64,000 bases of DNA from Eledone cirrhosa (lineage: Eukaryota), in contig CAXHJY010001255.1 in the NCBI GenBank assembly GCA_964016885.1, positions 1 to 64,000 on the forward strand. The letters run 5' to 3'. The position numbers and the translations under genes were made by a program. The notes beneath the pieces were generated by a model that did not search any database, was not told where the DNA came from, and was given only the letters and a program-made list of their open reading frames with translations. Shown piece by piece: positions 52,827 to 64,000 of this stretch (positions are counted from its first letter, which is position 1; every line of letters begins with the position of its first letter).

Positions 52827-52895
52827 TATATATATATACACACACATATATATATATATATATATACACATATATATTTATATACACATACACAC

Positions 52896-52942
<47 letters not shown>

Positions 52943-53335
52943 CACACATTGTCCCAGCGCATTGCTGGTGCCTTGTTTTGGGGCCCGGAGAGTGGAGAGC
53001 CGATGCTCTCTGCTTTAAAGCAAACAATTATTATTATTATTATATAAAAACTGAACTGGAAAAGTCAACAGTTACATGATTTTGTATCAGTACTGATGGT
53101 AATATATATGTATGTGGGTGTGGGTGTGTGTGTGAGTGGCGTGGGTGTGTGTGTGAGTGGCGTGTGTGTGTTTGTATGCATGTGTTGGTGTGTGAGTGAG
53201 TGTGTGTGTGTGTGTGTGTGCCGTGTGTGGCAATAAGTGGTGTTTTTTTTTTGTTATGACTATGGTGTAAAATGGAGGAGTAGAGAGGGCCCATGAGTCC
53301 AGTAAGACATCCTCTCTAGTGCTGGTGGTACAAAT

Positions 53336-54525
53336 AAAAGCACCCAGTCCATGCTGTAAAGTGGCGCTGGTGTTAGGAAGGGCATCCAACCAGTGTATCA
53401 ATGCCAAAACAATTGCAAGCACAGCAACAAGTAAATAAGAACAACAAAAATATGAAGACGTCGCATCTTAGAGTTGCAACACAATGTTGCCACTCTCACA
53501 GGTAAATCTGGTGAAATAGCGGAGATGCTGGAGAGAAGGCATGTGGATGTGTGCTGCGTGCAAGAGGTGAGATGGAGAGGTGCCTCTGCAAGACTAGTGA
53601 CAGGCAAACATCTTAGCTATAAGCTTTTCTGGGTAGGTAAGGATGATGGGTTAGGGGGAGTAGGCATTTTCTTGGCTGAGAGATGGATCAATAAGACAAT
53701 AGAGGTAGTTCGAGCTAATAATCGAATAATTAAGCTTAGATTAGTTGTAGGCAGGAGACTACTGACAATCATCTCTGCCTATGCTCCCCAAGCAGGCCTA
53801 GGCAAAGAAGAGAAAGACTGCTTTTACGAGCAACTTTTACAAACAACCGCAATGACAGAGGACGGAGACATCGTTATGCTAGCAGGGGACTTCAATGGTC
53901 ATGTTGGACAGCTCCAGGATGGTTACACTGGGGTACATGGTGGGCACGGTTACGGCTCAAGAAATGAAGGAGTGAGAGTCCTTGAATTTTGTGATGCAAG
54001 TACAGTGACTATTTGCAACACTAACTTCCAGAAACCTGCCAACCACCTAATAACCTACAAATCAGGCAAGCACATAAGCCAGATTGACTCCTTACTAGTT
54101 AGGCAGCGGGACAGTAAGATGGGTGTCATATACCAAGGCATACCCTGGGAAAGAACGTACCCCACAGCATAAGCTAGTCGTTAGTGATATCTCAGTAAGC
54201 AACAGATGGAATGAGACATACAGGAAGGTGTGGAGAAGAAAGGTCTGGAAGCTAAAAGACCTTTCACTAAAATACAAATTTAGGAAAGCCCTTCAAGATG
54301 TGTATGATGAAAAAGAAGACGATTTAGAGATGTATGGCATAGATAATAAACTGGAATTTCTTACGTGACAACTTACTGCAGGCTACTGATGAAACTTGTG
54401 CCTGGAGCAGAGCTCCAACCAGACAGAGAGTGACCTGGTGGTGGAACAGCACAGTAGATAAGGCCATTAGAGACAAAAGAATAGCATGGAAGGCTTGAAA
54501 AAAGGGTGGGAGTAGAGAAGGATAT
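53336..54525 (+). pseudogene. RTE 5' part: UTR motif plus APE endonuclease domain
   Basis: NVATLTGK, DVCCVQEVRWRG, GVGIFL, IISAYAPQAG, AGDFNGHVG, NTNFQK, SQIDSLL. Confidence 0.88.
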
Positions 54526-54527
54526 AC

Positions 54528-54574
<47 letters not shown>

Positions 54575-54581
<7 letters not shown>

Positions 54582-55137
54582 TGCCAACTCGTTTTCGAGT
54601 ACGGCCACTAATTTATATCCATGTAGGAGAACCCCTATCAATGCGGGGAACAAGTGTGACTTTTTAGTCCTGCCAGCGACTTGAAAATTCTGGTACAAAC
54701 ACTACACTTGTGACAATTATTGACACATAGTGCTGGGCCCATGAGACCATGTGACGAAGAGTGCAGAGAGATCTCCAGATATAAAGCAATGCCTGTGCCT
54801 TGAAGCTTTTATAGTGAGCAAAGGCACTGCACAAAGCCAGTCCCACTCTCTTTACCAAGATGATATTTACCAAAAAGAAGAACAAGTCAACATCATTGGA
54901 TACCATCGGGGTTGCAGGTGTTATATCAGAATTTTCCTTCTAGAATTCTGCCTTGACAAAGGCTAAAGGGTCATCTCACCCGGTGATTTTGGATGGCCAT
55001 TGACTCTAAGAGCTCCTTTTCCCTTTGACAGATTTTGTTTTTAGTCCTGCAGGATGTCCAAAGTCATCCTCCTCACCAACAAATCTTGGTGGGGTTGCCA
55101 GTTTAGTCGCCAACGACCCGACCATGTAACAGGTTGT
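54575..55137 (-). mobile_element. Copy of the non-autonomous RTE-tailed element (cf. 21547-22175)
   Basis: Shares GGTCGGGTC..AAC(C/T)GGCAACCCCACCAAG and TGTTGACTTGTTCTTCTTTT segments and the terminal motif. Confidence 0.55.
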
Positions 55138-58083
55138 ATCATCATCATCATCAACGTTTAACGTCCGTGTTCCACGCTTGCATGGGTTTGGACGGGGGCA
55201 GTCCCACTTGAGGCAAGAGTAATTGTCTTGCTCGCATAGGACTGTCTGGCAGGTTTTCTACAGTTGGATGCCCTTCCTAACACCAACCACATTTACAGTG
55301 TGGGTCTGGGAGGTTTTTACTGTGTTGCCTACACGGCCACATTACAGCGTGGACTGTGTGTTTTTTTGTCGTGACACCTACACGATCTCATTTGTTTCGG
55401 CCTGGATGGCGCGGCACCAACATAACTTTACATAGAACGGGGTGGTGTGGATGGGGTGGGGGTGGTGGCGGGACGGGGTGTATTTTGTTAGAGATGCCTA
55501 CTGGCAAGGCGGGTCTTCTCTGTTACTGAGTACCGCCAAAGGTCTCGGTCCAGTGACATTGTCTTGGAGAGGTGTAAGTGTGTGAGGTCGGAGTTTATCA
55601 GCTCGTCCCAGGTTTTTCTAGGTCTGCCTATTCCGTGGCTACCGTCTATCTTTATTGCCCTGCACTTTGTTATACAGCTATCGACTTTCATGCGCATCAC
55701 GTGTCCATACCAACGTAGCCTTCTCTCGAGTAAACAACATCTGATCCCTCTTATCTCTAATTTTTTCCTTAGTTCGTTTATGCTTTGCCGTTCACGTATA
55801 TTACTGTTACACATCCAGCGGAGCATGCAAGCTTCGTTCCTCTCTAGTCTGCGTATATCCTCTGCACACAATGCCCAGGTCTCACTGCCATGCAACATTG
55901 CTGTTCGTATGCAGGCATCGTACAACCTGCCTTTCATTTTTAGGGAGAACCCTTTAGCAGCTAATAGTGGTATAAGCTCTCTGAACTTTTTCCAACCAGT
56001 TCTGACTCTAGCTACAGTACTTTCAGAGCACCCTCCCCCACTGCTGATTTTATCGCCCAGGTAACGGAAGCTGTCCACTATTTCTATAGAACCCTCTGCG
56101 CAATTGAAAGAGCTAGTATTTTGTGGGCACTTGCTGCTACTTATTGCACCAGAACACCGGCCACATGTAAAATCTATGTTCTTAGTTAGCTTACCTGTGA
56201 TCCCACTACATCTTTTATGCACCCATACTTTGCATTTAGGACATAAAATGGAGTTTCTACCTACGCCTTTCCTACACACCGAGCACGACCATTTCCCAGA
56301 AGGGACCGCCGCCTTGTTTTCTTTCCTACAAACTAGAACTTTGGTCTTAGCCAGGTTAATTTTAAGTCCTTTTGACTCTAGGCCGTGCTTCCATGTTTGG
56401 AATTTCTTCTCTAGCTCGGCCATTGATTCCGCTATGAGTGTTAGGTCGTCTGCGTATAGGAGTTCCCATGGGCAGCCTGTCTTGAACTCCTCTGTTATAG
56501 CCTGAAGGGCAATAATATATAGTAGGGGGCTGAGAACAGAGCCCTGATGGATGCCAACTTTTACGCTAAACTCTTCACTATATTCGTTGTTAATTCTAAC
56601 CTTGCTGACTGTTTATACATGGCTTGTATAGCCCTCACAAGCCATTCGTCAACACCTAGTTTTCTAAGAGACCACCAGATAATGGAACGGGGGACTCTGT
56701 CGAAGGCTTTCTCCAAGTCGACAAAAGCTAAGTAGAGGGGTTTACCTTTAGCTAGGAACTTCTCCTGTAGTTGTCGTACTATGAAAAGAGCGTCTGTGGT
56801 ACTTTTGCCTGACACAAACCCGAACTGCATTTCATCTAGGTCAATTCTCTCTCTGATTAGTTGCGCTATTACTTTTTCCGTGACCTTCATGACCTGGTCG
56901 ATTAATTTAATGCCTCTATAGTTACTCCTATCTAGGGTGTCTCCTTTACCCTTATAACAGTTAACGATGATGCTGCTATGCCAGTCCTTCGGAACAACCC
57001 CATTCTGTACGACATGGTTAACTATGCGAGTGACCATGGTGTGTCCCACCGTGCCAGATGCCTTCAGCATCTCAGCAACTATTTCCGAAGGCCCAGCCGC
57101 CTTACCTGTCTTCATATCCTTGATTGCCTTACTTATTATACTCCCCTCGACTAACACTGCTGGTCCCTCTATTGGGTCGATATGGGGGAGACTGTCTTTC
57201 TCCCATTTATTCTCCTCATTTAGTAGCCTTTCATAGTGACACTTCCAAGCTACCTTCTTATCAGTGTCGGTGATGGCATGTATGCCATCATCGTTAAGTA
57301 CACACTTCTCCCCGACAATATCACGGTTTTCCTTGACGCATTGCCTAGCAATCCTGAACACCTCACGTTTTTGGTCATCGCGTTGTAGAACATGCTTGAA
57401 CTTTCTTTCCTCAGCTTCCCTTCTTGCTAAGTACACTTCTCTCCTAGCTTCCCTCCTGGCCACTTGATAGTCTACTCTACTTCCCCCATCCCGCCATACT
57501 TTCCAAGCCTGCCTTTTGGCCTTAATTGACCCCTCCACCTTACTGTTCCACCACCATGTTACTCTCCTCCTGCCTACAGGCCTGCTCCAGCCACAGACTT
57601 CGTCTGTCGCCAACAGCAGGTTTGCTTTCAGAAATTCCCACTGTCCCTCTATATTGTCCGACTCTAAATGTTCTTCCTTACTGTCGAAAGCATCAAGTAA
57701 TATGTTCTGAAATTTATTTTTGGCTGTGGGGTCCTTTAGCTTCCATATTTTTCTCCTGAGGATAGTCCTCTTCTGCTGTCGAGTACGTCTCGTCCTGACT
57801 ATGAGGTCGCTAATTATCAGTCTATATTGGGAGGTGCATTCTTCATGGGGGAGGGATTTAGTGTTTACAACAGACACTCTGTCACGTCTTCTGGTAAGGA
57901 TATAATCTACCTGGCTTGTGTGTTCCCCGGATTTATAGGTGATCAGGTGATTGTCACGTTTTTTGAAGTTAGTGTTACAGATAGTTAGGTTATTTGCATC
58001 ACAGAATTCCAGGATTCTGGAGCCTTCCTCATTTCTAGTACCAAACCCATAGCCTCCATGGATTTCGTCGTAGCCGTCACAAT
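55138..58083 (-). mobile_element. Young 5'-truncated RTE LINE (EN end, RT, PHD-like finger, 3' UTR, (GAT)n); one frameshift near 56610
   Basis: ORFs 56561-58083 and 55488-~56610: SQVDYIL, NYRGIKL, QFGFVSGKSTTDA, AFVDLEKAFDRVP, GIHQGSVLSP, LLYADDL, FRYLG. Confidence 0.95.
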
Positions 58084-58086
58084 GTA

Positions 58087-58127
<41 letters not shown>

Positions 58128-58185
58128 ATATATATACATATATATATATATACATATACACTTACATATATATATATATACATAT

Positions 58186-58410
58186 ATAACGGAAGAAATG
58201 TGGTAAGTAACCAGGTGGACCATAACGCACCAAAGTACTCAATATTTAGGGTAGTAGAGTGGGTAATAGAGTAGGACCCCTACGACCATATATGGAATTA
58301 CCCCTTGAGAAGCTCGGCTATTCAAATACCAGGATAAAAATTTTCCTTTACTCCAGAATTAGCCGTCGAAACGGCTTGAGCTCAGCTGTCGGGGTCCTAC
58401 TCGTTCCTAT
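58186..58410. mobile_element. Naiad pLTR remnants in inverted arrangement
   Basis: 58186-58280 (-) matches 9919-10010 and 10917-11015. 58391-58410 (+) GGGGTCCTACTCGTTCCTAT is the start of the same repeat. Confidence 0.8.
58300..58395 (+). ncRNA. Type I hammerhead ribozyme with U3-A8 core (UUGAGAA)
   Basis: ACCCC-TTGAGAA-G..CGGCTA...TAGCCG.C-GAAA-CGGCT TGAGCTC AGCTG-TC^GGGGT. Confidence 0.65.
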
Positions 58411-58417
58411 ATACATA

Positions 58418-58472
<55 letters not shown>

Positions 58473-58760
58473 ACATATACATACATATACATACATATAT
58501 ATACATATACATACATATACATATATATACATATATATATATACATATACATACATATATATACATACATATACATACATACATATACATAAATATACAC
58601 ATATACATACATATATATATACATATACATACATATACATACATATACATACATATATATACATAAATATACACATATATATATACATATATACATACAT
58701 ATACATACATATATATATATACATATACATACATATATATATATACATATATATATATAC

Positions 58761-58809
<49 letters not shown>

Positions 58810-59164
58810 CATATATATATATACATATATATATATACATATATATATATACATATATATATATACATATATATATATACATATATACATATACATATAT
58901 ACATATACATATATACATATATATATATACATATATATATATACATATATATATATACATATATATATATACATATATATATATATACATATATATATAT
59001 ACATATATAAATATATACATATATATATATATACATATATATATACATATATATATATATACATATATATATATACATATATATATATACATATATATAT
59101 ATACATATATATATATACATATATATATATATACATATATATATATACATATATAAATATATAC

Positions 59165-59195
<31 letters not shown>

Positions 59196-59208
59196 CATAT
59201 ATATATAC

Positions 59209-59241
<33 letters not shown>

Positions 59242-59520
59242 CATACATATATATATATACATATACATATATACATATATATATATACATATATATATAT
59301 ACATATATATATACATATATATATACATACATATATACATACATATATATATACATATATATATATATACATATATATATACATATATATATACATATAC
59401 ATATATATACATATATATATATATACATATATATATACATACATATATATATATACATATATATATATATACATATATATATATACATATATATATATAC
59501 ATATACATATATATATATAC

Positions 59521-59551
<31 letters not shown>

Positions 59552-59610
59552 CATATATATATATACATATATATATATACATATATATATATATACATAT
59601 ATATATATAC

Positions 59611-59641
<31 letters not shown>

Positions 59642-59902
59642 CATATACATATATATACATATATATATATACATATATACATATATATATATACATATAT
59701 ATATATACATATATATATATACATATATATATATACATATATATATATACATATATATATATACATATATATATATACATATATATATATACATATATAC
59801 ATATATATATACATATATATATATACATATATATATAAACATATATATATATACATATATATATATACATATATACATATATATATATATACATATATAT
59901 AC

Positions 59903-59949
<47 letters not shown>

Positions 59950-60042
59950 CATATATATATATATACATATATATATATACATATATATATATATACACAT
60001 ATATATATATACATATATATATATACATATATATATATATAC

Positions 60043-60089
<47 letters not shown>

Positions 60090-60284
60090 CATATACATAT
60101 ATATATATACATATACATATATATATATACATATATATATATACATATATATATATACATATATATATACATATATATATATACATATATATATATACAT
60201 ATATATATATATACATATATATATATACATATATATATACATATATATATATACATATATATATATACATATATATATATATAC

Positions 60285-60365
<81 letters not shown>

Positions 60366-60418
60366 CATATATATATATACATATATATATACATATACAT
60401 ATATATATACATATACAT

Positions 60419-60452
<34 letters not shown>

Positions 60453-60466
60453 ACATATATATATTC

Positions 60467-60497
<31 letters not shown>

Positions 60498-60800
60498 TAT
60501 ATACATATACATATATATACATATATATACATATACATACATATATATATTCATATATATATATATATATACATATATATACATATACATATATATACAT
60601 ATACATACATATACATATATATACATATATATACATATACATATATATACATATATATACATATACATATATATACATATACATATATATACATATATAT
60701 ATACACACATATACATATATATACATATATATATACACACATATACATATATATACATATATATATACACACATATACATATATACACATATATATATAC

Positions 60801-60835
<35 letters not shown>

Positions 60836-60882
60836 CATACATATATATATACATATATATATATACATATACATATATATAC

Positions 60883-60913
<31 letters not shown>

Positions 60914-61020
60914 CATACATATATATACATATATATACATATACATATACATATATATACATATACATATACATATATATACATATATATATATATACAT
61001 ATGTATATATATATATATAC
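58408..61020. repeat. (TA)n with periodic CA interruptions
   Basis: Visible directly. Confidence 0.95.
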
Positions 61021-61694
61021 ATTTATTAAAATAACAGATTAAAGTTTAAGCAAAGAATCGCTGCTTTCACCCTTAACGGGATCTTCTGAAACTAACAAAG
61101 TCAATCTGTAAACGCAGAACTGGATATTTCAAAAAACGTTGCAACCGGAGCAAGACAGGAAGACGATACTTTGGTTCGTGGTAACGTTCGCTGGCAAAGA
61201 ACGGGAAAAACCGAAAAAGAGGAGCGGTGAAAAACAATTACGCGCAAAAACAGAACCACGATTATGGTATAAAAGAGGTCGTAGACTAATGTTCTCTTAG
61301 GTGGTGCATAGAGACGTTCTCTGGCAATGAACGTAAAAACGAAGATAATAAGTCATATGTGGAGCGTGGAGAACAATAGCACGCAAAGACAAAACCACGT
61401 AAATGGTATAGCAGAAGTCGTAGACTAAAATTCTAATTGGGAGACCAAATGAATCTCCGGTACAGAGTTAAGAACAAAGTAAATAAATACAATACAGAAG
61501 TAATAGAAACAAATACGTACATACACAAGCATACGCAAAACCTTACCATAGGTATACAAAACCACGCACATATAGAATATGGTGTGTGTGTGTGTGTATG
61601 CTTGTGTACAAATAAATAAATAATTATATCAACGTTTTGCTCTACGGTTCTTATATATTTGATATATATTTTCCTTATCGAGCCCTCTTTGGAT
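61021..61694 (-). mobile_element. Non-coding repeat with variant hammerhead (61034-61109) and diverged tandem duplication
   Basis: A unique island between microsatellites; 61173-61295 resembles 61313-61434. Confidence 0.45.

Positions 61695-64000
<2,306 letters not shown>

Overview
Eukaryotic, AT-rich, repeat-dominated window with no long intact host ORF. The repeat repertoire (huge (TA)/(CA) microsatellites, tRNA-derived SINEs, RTE LINEs with (GAT)n tails) resembles an octopus/cephalopod genome; this is an inference. Nearly all long 'YIYI/CVCV' ORFs are microsatellite artefacts. The real coding remnants are transposons: a Naiad-type Penelope-like element (PLE) present as two oppositely oriented halves, several RTE LINEs with a PHD-like finger inside the RT, an RTE with three C2H2 fingers, decayed R4/Dong and CRE non-LTR elements and a mariner. 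There are also MITE/foldback and Helentron-like shells. The most notable signal is a set of type I hammerhead ribozyme (HHR) motifs in about five unrelated short repeat families. Two families use the non-canonical compensatory U3-A8 core (UUGAUAA at 19239 and 19558; UUGAGAA at 58305). In one family, dispersed repeat copies begin exactly at the predicted cleavage site and the repeat forms the 5' end of the Naiad ORF. A few minus-strand micro-exon candidates suggest the window may be intronic to a large host gene. All folds and alignments were done by eye.
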